DNA of 64,000 nt from positions 28,402,437 to 28,466,436 of the forward strand of contig NC_092672.1 in NCBI RefSeq assembly GCF_964355755.1, in the 5' to 3' direction. The DNA is from Antedon mediterranea. Taxonomy: Eukaryota > Animalia > Echinodermata. This document shows, one piece after another, positions 1 through 14,765 of the stretch (the first letter of the stretch is position 1; the number at the start of each line of letters is the position of its first letter). The translations under genes were made by a program, and so were the position numbers. The notes below the pieces were generated by a model. That model worked only from the letters and a program-made list of their open reading frames with translations, did no database searches and was not told where the DNA came from.

Positions 1-982
1 ACAAATCATTACATTAATTTACAGTTAATAATCAATAGTAATAAACATACATACATTTTTTAAGCAATGAATATCCCTTGAATGATGTTTCAAACGATGG
101 TTGCGAACCATCGTATCCGTAGTGATGTTAGCCATACAACTCATTGAGTATGGTATGTTGGCATGTACAGCATTGTTCATGAGCATCGTTCCATTGGTTT
201 CTATTGTTTGGTTATTCAGCATGTACAAAATATGGTAAACGTAGAGTTTGGCATTTCAGCCATTTGCAACAATTGTTTGATTTTCAGCCAGTTGCAACAA
301 TTGTTTGATTTTCATTTTCCATACATTTAATAGCCATTTAGTTTTCAAATCAATTATAACAAATCACTATCAGTATGATTTGAAACAAAGATTTCCTTTA
401 TAATAGTAAATCTGAGGTAAACCAGATGGCAATTCTAATTATGTTATATATTTCGTTTCTTCATATTACCTTAACATTATTATCTTAATATTTCTTACTT
501 AATTATTTGGCATTTAATTAGCATTAATTATTATATTATATTTTTTGTTTCACTAATCCACTTGTATTATAATTGTAAACCAATAAAGATTCATTCAATA
601 TATTAACAGTTTTAAGGTGTTTTACATTTGATATGTTCTAATACTTTATATGTTATTAGCATAACATGAATGATTATTTTATCATTGTCGTTATATCTAC
701 CAGAAGTCATTTTACAAATGTAAGTTTACAATGGTTGTGGTGGCACTGGTTAAACATCTCTAAAAGCAATATTAAGAAACAAATGTATTACGAATCACAT
801 TTGGTGTAAAAACAATAATCAAAATAATACAAATACATAATACATAGATAGGTATGTATTAATATTTGACGTGTTTACAAATGATCGAAATCGATTATTA
901 AATAAAGCTTTAAATTACCAATACATTTAACCTATATTTTGTATATAATTTTTTACGTTAAACCATTCATGAATACGTACGT

Positions 983-1024
983 GTGCAACGTTTCGACTTG
1001 TTTTCAAAAATCTTCATCTGGCAA
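983..1024 (-). ncRNA. Degenerate Penelope-type minimal hammerhead ribozyme motif
   Basis: Minus strand TGC-CAGATGA-A-GATTT-ttgaaaac-AAGTC-GAAACGTT-GCA: stem I, core CUGAUGA mutated to CAGAUGA, stem II, GAAA and palindromic ACGT. Confidence 0.45.
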
Positions 1025-2689
1025 TGACTAAATGGAAAATGTTAAATATTTGTTTATCAATTATTAGAAAAAAATTTCACATTGCAAAATCCGAATAATG
1101 AAAGAATTTTTATGGATCAGAAAAAAAACAAAATACCATGAATGGGATGACAGTGGATGTTCAATATATTACAAATGATTTAACGTAAAGAATTATACAG
1201 ATAGTTAATATAAAACATTTTTCGAAAAACAAAATCTACCTTTTAAAGTACATACATAATTTAAAACAACATTAAATATCTAGTAACAAACTCAATACCA
1301 TTTTTAATAGTAGCTGTACTGAGAAGTAATAGGTGTAATTTTTGAGTAAGTAAACTTACATGTTCATATTTCACAGACGTCCCAACTCTCTCTCGAAAAG
1401 TGTTGGCATTTTCCGACTATTGGGTATATCATGCTCTTCTGCTAAATGTCATTCCTTCCGACATTTTGGGTAAACCGAAGAATTATCTCGATATGTATAC
1501 ATTGTGAATAAACTAGATAGTGATGAAATAATAGAAAATATACTAAAATCGACCTTTGATTATTCACTATTATAGATGTATTTTTAAACTTTTATAGCGC
1601 CCCCATGTATTATACCTTAATTTATCTTATGAAGACGTCAAGTATTAACAATTTCGTTCCCGATAATTTCAATTACAATTGACGTAGACCCAACGCAAGC
1701 AAATTGACCAATGACAAGTGACTGTTCAAATTATCCGTTGATTGTGATTAGTCAACTCGCTTACGTCATTGCGTTGTATCTCCTCATAAAAAACCTGGAA
1801 TCGCTATTGATCATTTACATGTTCACCCACAAAAATGTGTCTTAATTCAATTAGGTTTGTACGACCATACCAAGTAATACACCATACCGTGTCGGTCTCC
1901 CATGAGTTAACCAAAGTCGGCTTCATGACGAATTTTATTATCACGTGACCCATTTTAAAAAAACCCATAAGAACGGAATCTTTATTAAATGGTATCGTGG
2001 TAGGCCTATGCCGTTCTCTATCTTAACGACATAATCCCATCGTCAATTTCGTTTTCAATATTAGGACAAAGGTTTATTTGCATTTTACGAGAATCAGTGT
2101 CGATAACAGACGGAGATCTGTACTATCTTTTGTAAATGGCAAACCCGTGTTTTGTAAAAGACTACTGTATTTTTGTTAACAGAAAACCTATAGTTTTTTC
2201 TTTTATTAAAAACATTATGGGTTTGAAACGATTGATATTAAACTAAAGTTCTTGAATAATATAAATCAAATCTTTGTCATATATGTTGTTTTTATCACTA
2301 AGTATCTTATCTGTTAATATTTGATCTACCATAGCATAAAATGACGCAGTTTCTCAATAGACAATTTCCAGATTACACAGTACAAAACTTGTGTTTGTAT
2401 AGTCTAGGGAGTCACGGACAGACAATAAAACTACAGTGACGTTTTCTAAATCTCGATTGATTTCTAAGTGAGTATAACACAGTGAATAAGTCAAGTTAAA
2501 CCAAGTCTTTGTTAAGGTGGATGTTTTTACCTGAAAGAAATACTAGGAAAAAACAATTTGTATATCGTTCACGTCTAAGCCCGGTGAAAGCCAAACAATG
2601 GCGTCAAAAACCCATAGAAACGGGACTAATAAAGGAATGTACAGTGCTGCACAGGCTGACGGTGACGAAATCAGCAGGATGAACGGGCA

Positions 2690-3630
2690 GCGATTTTTTT
2701 TTTCGTACATAAGTTGGGGACCCCCTCATGAAACGTCACAAAATAAACATGAATAATTCATCTGTTAAATTTTCTTGTTCCGTGTGCACCCAAGCGTATA
2801 GCAACAAGAAGTGATTACACAAGTGCGGTACGATTCTAGGCCTATTCCCGCTGTTGTTGCGGCGTGCGATTTCATAGAAGAATAGCGGCGTTTTGTGTGG
2901 ATTGTCGAAATAATCAGCCTTTAGTTTATGGTGTTTTTAATATAATTTATTACTAAAGAATTACGTGTTAAAACTATAGTTTCTTCTATTAATACTATTA
3001 GGTCTAATTATTAGTCTCTAAACCCATGTCTATTCTAGTAGTAGTGGCTGTGTGGGTGTGTGTGACGTGTGTGTGTGTTAGGTATGACCAAAGATAGTTA
3101 CACTTACTATCTTTGGTATGACACAATCCGAGTAATAAGTCAGCAAAATTAAACAATAAACATTACACAAAAATACATTTTTTATTCTCGTGGGTCAAAT
3201 CTTCCCATCTCATGTGTTCATATACGCGCATTTTTAAAGTTCCTTTGAGTACATGCATATTGTTTGATAATAAAATAGCAGAATTAAAAAAATACAGTAC
3301 ACAAATTATACACATTCTTTATTCTTGTGGGTCTAAGCTTTCTTTGGGCTATGTCCAATGAATTACTACTTAGTTTAATGTCTTGCCTAGCTGTCGATTA
3401 GCCTCGACACATTTTGTGTGAAGAAGAGTGCGCGAGGGCAATCACGTGAATTGACTTGGAATCCTAGGCCTGCTGTAGAAAGTATCGTATCGCAGTTGTG
3501 TAATCACTTCTTGTTGCTATACGCTTGGGTGCACACGGAACAACAAATTTAACTGATGAATTATTCATGTTTATTTTGTGACGTTTCATGAAGGGGTCAC
3601 CCCCAACTTATGTACGAAAAAAAAAATCGC
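2690..3630. mobile_element. Mutator/MULE-like MITE, copy 1
   Basis: About 130 bp TIRs (GCGATTTTTTTTTTCGTACATAAGTTGGGG...) and a 9-bp TSD GAACGGGCA at 2681-2689 and 3631-3639. Confidence 0.88.
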
Positions 3631-4670
3631 GAACGGGCAAACAGTAAACAAAGAACGTAGTGTAGTGAAGCCAATCTTTTTGAAGGCTGATCAAATACCA
3701 ACAGGAAAAAGCTTTTTCAAAGATGAAGACCTATGTATAGCCCTACTAAAAATAATTGCTGCAGAAAGTATAATCGGTGTTCAAAAAATACGGAACCTAT
3801 GGCGAATTTATCTAAATAATAGAAATGATAGAGTGAAACTAATTACGAATGGACTAAACATTAGGAATTGTAATATTACAATTCATGATAAAAATCCTTA
3901 TTTGGCATACAACAACATGGAAACAACGAGAATAGTCATAAAGGATATACCATTATCGGTTGCTGACGTAGAGATTGCTAGCAAGTTGAAAGCGCTAGGA
4001 TGCAAACCAATAGGAGATGTTACAAGGCTAAAAATAAGGGTTAATGGTCAATTAACCAGCTGGCTAAACGGTGACAGAGCTGTCGTTGTAGAAAAGCTAA
4101 AATCGCCAATACCAAGACAGATAATAATAAATGGTTTTAGAGCACGGGCTTTTCATGACGGTCCGGAAGTGAAATGCAACAAAATTAATGTACAAGGACT
4201 GGGCATTTAGCTTTTCAATGCAAAGCTGATATAATCTGTTTCAAGTGTCATTTACCAGGGCATACTAGGGACAGATGTAATGTTGAAGCGCATAATGTTT
4301 TTAACTTTGAAAACCCAAAAAATAACTAGATTTAATTCGTCACTATGACGAATTATAGGTTATATGCATTGATAATTAAAATAAAGATAATTTATTTTTA
4401 AAAGATATTTTGATTCATTGATTTTCTCAGATTCTTTAAATAATATATAATATATGATAGGACCTTGCTAACGCGAATACAATAGCCGGTATCACAATCC
4501 GATCAAAGATCCCTCTGCGTATAATGTCATAAACCACATTTGCTGTTACATAATAATAAAGACATAAGTTATTTTTTATCTAGATTTCATTATAAATCAT
4601 GTGTATAATATATACACTAAGAAATAAATTTGAACAAACAATACGGATAATAAAAAAAAAAATTATTTCG

Positions 4671-4745
4671 TTTCCCAAGGTGAGACTCGATCTCGGTACC
4701 TTGAGTGCCATAGACACGAGCACACACCACCGAGCCATACACAAC
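4671..4745 (-). promoter_or_regulatory. tRNA-derived Pol III box A/B cassette in family A (present in all seven copies)
   Basis: Minus strand TGGCTCGGTGG (A box) ... AGGTACCGAGATCGAGTCTC (degenerate B box/T arm). Confidence 0.55.
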
Positions 4746-5742
4746 TGACTAAAAATTGTAGAAAAATTCCTCCGTGTATTTACTATGCAGTAACCACTTT
4801 GGTGCAGATAGATTATTACATACCGCAATGAATTATAATTTTTTACTATGATGACATCTCTAAAAATGTACAAAAATGATGCACTGTCAAACTATATACT
4901 TTTAACTTTAATATATGAACTTTTGAAGGAAGAAAGTTAATGTTAAGTTTGTTATTTTGGCCTAAGAAAATGTCATAATTTGTTTGATTGTCGAAATGAA
5001 TTTTTTTAAATTTAATATGCAATTAATTATGGCTTAATCAACTTTTGTTCCCTTAGTTTAATAATAAATCATACATAAGATACATACACTTCAAGAAAAT
5101 TAAATAAAAAATATGTGTTCCCGAGCATTCTGACGATCTATATTAATTTTAAAATTTAGCATATTTTCACCATTTTGTTAACTTACACGTGCGTAGCCTG
5201 TCACTTTTGACGTGCTCGTATAAGGCAATTACGCGTTGAAAAGTGAATAAAATATGATGATATTATTAAAGAAAGGTTGTACAACCGAAATCGGACAAAA
5301 AGAGTGCACATTAACGTATAACGCGCAGTGCGCGTGCAAAAATCTGCGCACTCATGGCAATTTTTTAAACGCTTAAAATTGCCTGAAACGTACTCTAATT
5401 TCATCGAAAATAAATTTTGACAATTTTGAACATTTTAAGCGCGCGTACGCAAGCGTTATATGCGCTACGCACGTAATTGTATTGCCATATGATGAAATAT
5501 GACCTGAAATTTATGAGTACCAAATTTTGTTTAATTGTGATTCATGCTTGTGAAGATATGATTACAAACGTGATTTCGTAAAATCGCGCGTAGACCGCGT
5601 GATTTTTGATTACGCATCGTGAAAATATAACCACATCGATTCCTGGCCATAAGGAATATACTCTGAAAAATTGACTTAGATAGATGAAACTGATATCAAG
5701 ATAATTCACGGACAAAATAGTGCTAAGGAAAGAATAAATAAA

Positions 5743-7214
5743 CTAGATTTAATTCGTCACTATGACGAATTATAGGTTATATGCATTGATTTAAATAAAG
5801 ATAATTGATTTTTAAAAGATATTTTGATTCATTGATTTTCTCAGATTCTTTAATTATTTATAATATATGATAGGACCTTGGTAACGCGAATACAATAGCC
5901 GGTATCACAATCCGATCAAAGATCCCTCTGCGTATAATGTCATAAACCACATTTGCTGTTACATAATAATAAAGACATAAGTTATTTTTTATCTAGATTT
6001 CATTATAAATCATGTGTATAATATATACACTACGAAATAAATTTGAACAAACAATACGGATAATAAAAAAAAAATCTTATTTCGTTTCCCAAGGTGAGAC
6101 TCGATCTCGGTACCTTGAGTGCCATAGACACGAGCACACACCACCGAGCCATACACAACTGACTAAAATTTGTAGAAAAATTCCTCCGTGTATTTACTAT
6201 GCAGTAACCACTTTGGTGCAGATAGATTATTACATACCGCAATGAATTATAATTTTTTACTATGATGACATCTCTAAAAATGTACAACAATGATGCACTG
6301 TCAAACTATATACTTTTAACTTTAATATATGAACTTTTGAAGGAAGAAAGTTAATGTTAAGTTTGTTATTTTGGCCTAAGAAAATGTCATAATTTGTTTG
6401 ATTGTCGAAATGAATTTTTTTTAATTTAATATGCAATTAATTATGGCTTAATCAACTTTTGTTCCCTTAGTTTAATAATAAATCATACATAAGATACATA
6501 CACTTCAAGAAAATGAAATAAAAAATATGTGTTCCCGAGCATTCTGACGATCTATATTAATTTTAAAATTTAGCATATTTTCACCATTTTGTTAACTTAC
6601 ACGTGCGTAGCCTGTCACTTTTGACGTGCTCGTATAAGGCAATTTCGCGTTGAAAAGTGAATAAAATATGATGATATTATTAAAGAAAGGTTGTACAACC
6701 GAAATCGGACAAAAAGAGTGCGCATTAACGTATAACGCGCAGTGCGCGTGCAGAAATCTGCGCACTCATGGCAATTTTTTAAACGCTTAAAAATGCCTGA
6801 AACGTACTCTAATTTCATCGAAAATAAATTTTGACAATTTTGAACATTTGAAGCGCGCGTACGCAAGCGTTATATGCGCTACGCACGTAAGTGTATTGCC
6901 ATATGATGAAATATGACCTGAAATTTATGAGTACCAAATTTTGTTTAATTGTGATTCATGCTTGTGAAGATATGATTACAAACGTGATTTCGTAAAATCG
7001 CGCGTAGACCACGTAATTTTTGATTGCGCATCGTGAAAATATAACCACATCGATTCCTGGCCATAAGGAATACACTCTGAAAAATTGACTTAGATAGATG
7101 AAACTGATGCCAAATTAATTCACGGACAAAATAGTGCTAAGGAAAGAATAAATAAAGAAATAAATAAAGATTTTGACAGAATCAAGAGGTTATATGCATG
7201 AATGCATATAACCT
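5743..7214 (-). mobile_element. HINE family A element A2, uninterrupted (1472 bp)
   Basis: Complete CTAG/hairpin/subTIR end, body, microsatellite and cap with a GA loop. Confidence 0.88.
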
Positions 7215-10200
7215 AACTAGATCTGAACTCGTCACTTGAGGACGAGTTTGGTTATCCGCCCGCAACAAAACGTATCTTGCGCATTCAAGTACTTTTCAGT
7301 CGTGACTTTTCCAAAAAAATTAGCCTATTCAAAATTAAAACTGCCCCTTAAGTGTAATAACCAAACAAATCCTTTTATTTAATTGTTTTCCCGTTATGAG
7401 ATTTGAACCCGGTACCTCTGATACCAAAGTCGGTTGCACTACACATCGAGCCATATGAGCACCTGCTGAAGAAAATCCGAAGAAAGAGTCCTCGTTCATT
7501 CGGTATGTCGTGAATCCCCTCGATGCAAGTTGATTATTACATATCAAACTTAAATCATAAATTTTACTATGATGAAATCTTCACAAATTATAAACAGTGA
7601 CATATTAGCAAAGTGCATACTTTCAAGTTTTATATATCAACATGTAAAGAAAAAAGATAAACGTTATGTTTATTGTTTTGCTCTTTGAATATGTTATTGT
7701 TTGTTTGATGATAACAATTTCGAAAATTATATTTAATATGCAAATAATGTAGCCATCAAACACGTTTTAACATTCAACACTATAATAAATCAGACCTACG
7801 ATTCATGGACTGTAATCAAATAAAATAAAAAATGGGGGTAACCTTGCATTCTGATGAACTGTATCACTTTTAAAAGTAGACATATTTTGCAACATTTTCA
7901 CTATTTGTTGACGTTTTCGTGCGCAACCAGTCATGTTTAACGTGCTCGTAGAACGCCATTTCAAGTTGAAAAGTGAATAAAATAACGTAAAATTGTTAAC
8001 CTAAGTTTGAAAAACACATTTTATGTAAAAGAAAAGCTTATACGCGTTCCCTGCGCCGTGCGCGCGTAAAAATGTGCGCACCAGTGGTAATTTTTAAACC
8101 CTTAAAATGACCTGAAACGTGCTCTAATTTAATCAGAAATTGATTTGAAGCATTTTAAAATTTCAAACGCCGTTTACGCACGCACTTTCTAATGTTACAA
8201 AATTCGGTAGGGATAAAAAAGTTAACAATTAATGTAAAGCAAACGTGGCTGAAAATTACGTTAAAAAATATTTATCTGTTTCAAAGTTATGATCAATTTA
8301 AGATTTTCAGAAAATCGCCCGTAACTTACGATACGCGCCTCTGACAGCGTCCAAAAGCTTGGCTGCACATCTTCAGTTAAATGTCTATATGTTGACCAAG
8401 TTACAACATGTTATGTTCACGCGTTGCAGAGAAACAGCGTGTACAAATTTGGAGCATTTTAAAATTTCAAACGCAATTTACGCGCAAACTTTCTAGTCTC
8501 CAAAAATGTGCTAAAGATTGAAAAAGTTAGCCATTGATATGAAGAAAACGTGGCTGCAAGTTACGTTAAAAAATATTTATCGGTTTCGAAGTTATGATCA
8601 ATTTAAGATTTTCAGAAAATCGCGCGTAACTTACGCTACGCGGCTCTGACAGCGTCCAAAAGCTTGGCTGCACATCTTCAGTTAAATGTCTAAAGGTTTA
8701 CCAAGTTACAACATGTTATGTTAACACGTTGCAGAGAAACGTCGCGTACAAAAAGTGGCGGAAAGAAAGAAGAATAACTAGATCTGAACTCGTCACTTGA
8801 GGACGAGTTTGGTTATCCGCCCGCAACAAAACATATCTTGCGCATTCAAGTACTTTTCAGTTGTGACTTTTCCAAAAAGTAGCCTATTGAAAATTAAAAC
8901 TGCCTTTTCAGTGTAATAACCAAACAAATCCTTTTATTTAATTGTTTTCCCGTGATGAGATTTGAACCCGGTACCTCTGATACCAAAGTCGGTTGTACTA
9001 CACATCGAGCCATATGAGCACCTGCTGAAAAAAATCCGAAGAAAGAGTCCTCGTTCATTCGGTATGTCTTGAATCCCGTCGATGCAAGTTGATTATTACA
9101 TATCAAACTTAAATCATAAATATTACTATGATGAAATCTTCACAAATTTTAAACAGTGACATATTACCAAAGTGCATACTTTCAAGTTTTATATATTAAC
9201 ATGTAAAGAAAAAAGATAAACGTTATGTTTATTGTTTTGCTCTTTGAATATGTTATTGTTTGTTTGATGATAAAAATTTCGAAAATTATATTTAATATGC
9301 AAATAATGTAGCCATCAAACACGTTTTAACATTAAAAATTATTATAAATCAGATCTATGATTCATAAACTGCAAGAAATTAAAATAAAAAATAGGGGTAA
9401 CCTTGCATTCTGATGAACTGTATTGTTTTTAAAAGTAGACATATTTTGCAACATTTTCACAATTTTTTGAGCTTTTTCTGCGCAACCAGTCATGTTTAAC
9501 GTGCTCGTAGAACGCCATTTCAAGTTGAATAGTGAATAAAATAACGTAAAACTGTCAACCAAAGATTTAAAAACATAAATCGTGTAAAAGAAATGCTCAT
9601 TCGCGTTCCCTGCGCCATGCGCGCGTAAAAATGTGCGCACCAGTGGCAATTTTTTAAACGCTTAAAATGACCTGAATCGTGCTCTAATTTAATCAGAAAT
9701 TAATTTCAAGCATTTTAAAATTTCAAACGCCGTTTACGCACGCACTTTCGAATGTTACAAAATTCGTTAGGGTTAAAAAAGTTAACAATTGATGTGAAGA
9801 AAACGTGGCTGAAAATTACGTTAAAAAATATTTATCTGTTTCAAAGTTATGATCAATTTAAGATTTTCAGAAAATCGCGCGTAACTTACGATACGCGCCT
9901 CTGACCGCGTCCAAAAGCTTGGCTGCACAATTTCAGTTAGATGTCAATATGTTGACCAAGTTACAACATGTTATGTTAACGCGTTGCAGAGAAACAGCGT
10001 GTACAAATTTGGAGAATTTTAAAATTTCAAACGCAATTTACGCAAAAATTTTCTAGTCTCCAAAAATTTGCTAGGGATCAAAAAAGTTAGCCATTGATGT
10101 GAAGAAAACGTGGCTGAAAACTTCGTTAAAAAATATTTATCGGTTTCGAAGTTATGACCGATTTAAGATTTTCAGAAAATCGCGCGTAACTTACGCTACG

Positions 10201-11753
10201 CGTATCTGACAGCGTCCAAAAGCTTGGCTGCACAACTTCAGTTAAATGTCTAAATGTTGACCAAGTTACAACATGTTATGTTAACACGTTGAAGAGAAAC
10301 GTCGCGAACAAAAGTGGCGGAAAGAAAGAAGAATAACTAGATTTAATTCGTCACTATGACGAATTATAGGTTATATGCATTGATAATAAAAATAAAGATA
10401 ATTTATTTTTAAAAGATATTCTGATTCATTGATTTTCTCAGATTCTTTAAATAATATATAATATATGATAGGACCTTGCTAACGCGAATACAATAGCCGG
10501 TATCACAATCCGATCAAAGATCCCTCTGCGTATAATGTCATAAACCACATTTGCTGTTACATAATAATGAAGACATAAGTTATTTTTTATCTAGATTTCA
10601 TTATAAATCATGTGTATAATATATACACTAAGAAATAAATTTGAACAAACAATACGGATAATAAAAAAAAAATTTATTTCGTTTCCCAAGGTGAGACTCG
10701 ATCTCGGTACCTTGAGTGCCATAGACACGAGCACACACCACCGAGCCATACACAACTGACTAAAAATTGTAGAAAAATTCCTCCGTGTATGTACTATGCA
10801 GTAACCACTTTGGTGCAGATAGATTATTACATACCGCAATGAATTATAATTTTTTACTATGATGACATCTCTAAAAATGTACAAAAATGATGCACTGTCA
10901 AACTATATACTTTTAACTTTAATATATGAAATTTTGAAGGAAGAAAGTTAATGTTAAGTTTGTTATTTTGGCCTAAGAAAATGTCATAATTTGTTTGATT
11001 GTCGAAATGAATTTTTTTAAATTTAATATGCAATTAATTATGGCTTAATCAACTTTTGTTCCCTTAGTTTAATAATAAATCATACATAAGATACATACAC
11101 TTCAAGAAAATTAAATAAAAAATATGTGTTCCCGAGCATTCTGACGATCTATATTAATTTTAAAATTTAGCATATTTTCACCATTTTGTTAACTTACACG
11201 TGCGTAGCCTGTCACTTTTGACGTGCTCGTATAAGGCAATTACGCGTTGAAAAGTGAATAAAATATAATGATATTATTAAAGAAAGGTTGTACAACCGAA
11301 ATCGGACAAAAAGAGTGCGCATTAACGTATAACGCGCAGTGCGCGTGCAAAAATCTGCGCACTCATGGCAATTTTTTAAACGCTTAAAATTGCCTGAAAC
11401 GTACTCTAATTTCATCGAAAATAAATTTTGACAATTTTGAACATTTTAAGCGCGCGTACGCAAGCGTTATATGCGCTACGCACGTAATTGTATTGCCATA
11501 TGATGAAATATGACCTGAAATTTATGAGTACCAAATTTTGTTTAATTGTGATTCATGCTTGTGAAGATATGATTACAAACGTGATTTCGTAAAATCGCGC
11601 GTAGACCGCGTAATTTTTGATTACGCATCGTGAAAATATAACCACATCGATTCCTGGCCATAAGGAATATACTCTGAAAAATTGACTTAGATAGATGAAA
11701 CTGATATCAAGATAATTCACGGACAAAATAGTGCTAAGGAAAGAATAAATAAA

Positions 11754-14709
11754 CTAGATTTAATTCGTCACTATGACGAATTATAGGTTATATGCATTGA
11801 TTTAAATAAAGATAATTGATTTTTAAAAGATATATTGATTGATTGATTTTCTCAGAATCTTTAATTATTTATAATATATGATAGGACCTTGCTAACGCGA
11901 ACACCATAGCCGGTATCACAATCCGATCAAAGATCCATATGCGTATAATGTCATAAACCACATTTGTTGTTACATAATAATAAAGACATAAGTAAATTTT
12001 TATCTAGATTTCATTATAAATCATGTGTATAATCTATACACTAAGAAATAAATTTGAACAAACAATACGGATAATAAAAAAAAAATCTTATTTCGTTTCC
12101 CAAGGTGAGACTCGATCTCGGTACCTTGAATGCCATAGACACGAGCACAGACCACCGAGCCGTACACAACTGACTAAAAGTTGTAGAAAAATTCCTCCGT
12201 GTATTTACTATGCAGTAACCACTTTGATGCAAATAGATTATTACATACTGAAATGAATTATAATTTTTTACTATGATGACATCTTTAAAATGTATACAAA
12301 TGATGCACTGTCAAACTACATACTTTTAACTTTAATATATGAATTTTTGAAGGAAGAAAGTTAATGTTAAGTTTGTTATTTTGGCCTAAGAAAATGTCAT
12401 AATTTGTTTGATTGTCGAAATTATGTTTTTTTAATTTAATATGCAATTAATGATGACTTAATCAACTTTTGTTCTCTTAATTTGATAATAAATCATACAT
12501 ATGATACATACACTTCAAGAAAATGAAATAAAAAATAGGTGTTCCCCTGCATTCTGACGATATATATTAATTTTAAAATTTAGCATATTTTCACCATTTT
12601 GTTAACTTATACGTGCGTAGCCAGTCACTTTTGACGTGCTCGTATAACGCAATTTCGAGTTGAAACCTGAATCAAATATGATGATATTATTAAAGAAAGA
12701 TTGTAAAACAGAAATCGGGCAAAAAGAGTGCGCATTAACGTTTAACGCGCAGTGCGCGTGCAAAAATCTGCGCACTCATGGCAATTTTTTAAACGCTTAA
12801 AATTGCCTGAAACGTACTCTAATTTCATCGAAAATAAATTTTGACAATTTTGAACATTTTAAGCGCGCGTACGCAAGCGTTATATGCGCTACGCACGTAA
12901 TTTAATTGCCATATGATGAAATATGACCTGAAATTTATGAGTACCAAATTTTGTTTAATTGTGATTCATGCTTGTGAAGATATGATTACAAACGTGATTT
13001 CGTAAAATCGCGCGTAGACCGCGTAATTTTTGATTACGCATCGTGAAAATATAACCACATCGATTCCTGGCCATAAGGAATATACTCTGAAAACTTGACT
13101 TAGCTAGATGAAACTGATGCCAAGATAATGCACGGACAAAATAGTGCTAAGGAAAGAATAAATAAATAAATAAATAAATAAACTAGATTTAATTCGTCAC
13201 TATGACGAATTATAGGTTATATGCATTGATAATTAAAATAAAGATAATTTATTTTTAAAAGATATTTTGATTCATTGATTTTCTCAGATTCTTTAAATAA
13301 TATATAATATATGATAGGACCTTGCTAACGCGAATACAATAGCCGGTATCACAATCCGATCAAAGATCCCTCTGCGTATAATGTCATAAACCACATTTGC
13401 TGTTACATAATAATAAAGACATAAGTTATTTTTTATCTAGATTTCATTATAAATCATGTGTATAATATATACACTAAGAAATAAATTTGAACAAACAATA
13501 CGGATAATAAAAAAAAAAAATTATTTCGTTTCCCAAGGTGAGACTCGATCTCGGTACCTTGAGTGCCATAGACACGAGCACACACCACCGAGCCAAACAT
13601 AACTGACTAAAAATTGTAGAAAAATTCCTCCATGTATTTACTATGCAGTAACCACTTTGGTGCAGATAGATTATTACATACCGCAATGAATTATAATTTT
13701 TTACTATGATGACATCTCTAAAAATGTACAAAAATGATGCACTGTCAAACTATATACTTTTAACTTTAATATATGAACTTTTGAAGGAAGAAAGTTAATG
13801 TTAAGTTTGTTATTTTTGCCTAAGAAAATGTCATAATTTGTTTGATTGTCGAAATGAATTTTTTTAAATTTAATATGCAATTAATTATGGCTTAATCAAC
13901 TTTTGTTCCCTTAGTTTAATAATAAATCATACATAAGATACATACACTTCAAGAAAATGAAATAAAAAATATGTGTTCCCGAGCATTCTGACGATCTATA
14001 TTAATTTTAAAATTTAGCATATTTTCACCATTTTGTTAACTTACACGTGCGTAGCCTGTCACTTTTGACGTGCTCGTATAAGGCAATTACGCGTTGAAAA
14101 GTGAATAAAATATGATGATATTATTAAAGAAAGGTTGTACAACCGAAATCGGACAAAAAGAGTGCGCATTAACGTATAACGCGCAGTGCGCGTGCAAAAA
14201 TCTGCGCACTCATGGAAATTTTTTAAACGCTTAAAATTGCCTGAAACGTACTCTAATTTCATCGAAAATAAATTTTGACAATTTTGAACATTTTAAGCGC
14301 GCGTACGCAAGCGTTATATGCGCTACGCACGTAATTGTATTGCCATATGATGAAATATGACCTGAAATTTATGAGTACCAAATTTTGTTTAATTGTGATT
14401 CATGCTTGTGAAGATATGATTACAAACGTGATTTCGTAAAATCGCGCGTAGACCGCGTAATTTTTGATTACGCATCGTGAAAATATAACCACATCGATTC
14501 CTGGCCATAAGGAATATACTCTGAAAAATTGACTTAGATAGATGAAACTGATATCAAGATAATTCACGGACAAAATAGTGCTAAGGAAAGAATAAATAAA
14601 TAAATAAAGATTTTGACAGAATCAAGAGGTTATATGCATGATAATGCATATAACCTAATAAAGATTTTGACAGAATCAAGAGGTTATATGCATATCATGC
14701 ATATAACCT
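11754..14709 (-). mobile_element. HINE family A element A4, divergent subfamily (body 11754-13182, cap about 14657-14709)
   Basis: Shares diagnostic SNPs with A7; the predicted cap has the ATC loop variant. Confidence 0.8.
13183..14656 (-). mobile_element. HINE family A element A5, uninterrupted, deepest layer (1474 bp)
   Basis: Complete termini with a GATA-loop cap. Confidence 0.88.
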
Positions 14710-14765
14710 AATAAAGATTTTGACAGAATCAAGAGGTTATATGCATGATAATGCATATAACCTAA

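Larger units (their letters stand above)
10337..14763 (-). mobile_element. HINE family A element A3 (body 10337-11753, cap about 14710-14763)
   Basis: Family A termini; starts in the GAAGAATAA tract of B2; near-identical to A1 and A5. Confidence 0.8.

Noticed and set aside
3578-3639. N-terminus of the 210-aa ORF
   Set aside because: It derives from the MITE TIR; the real start is at 2598.
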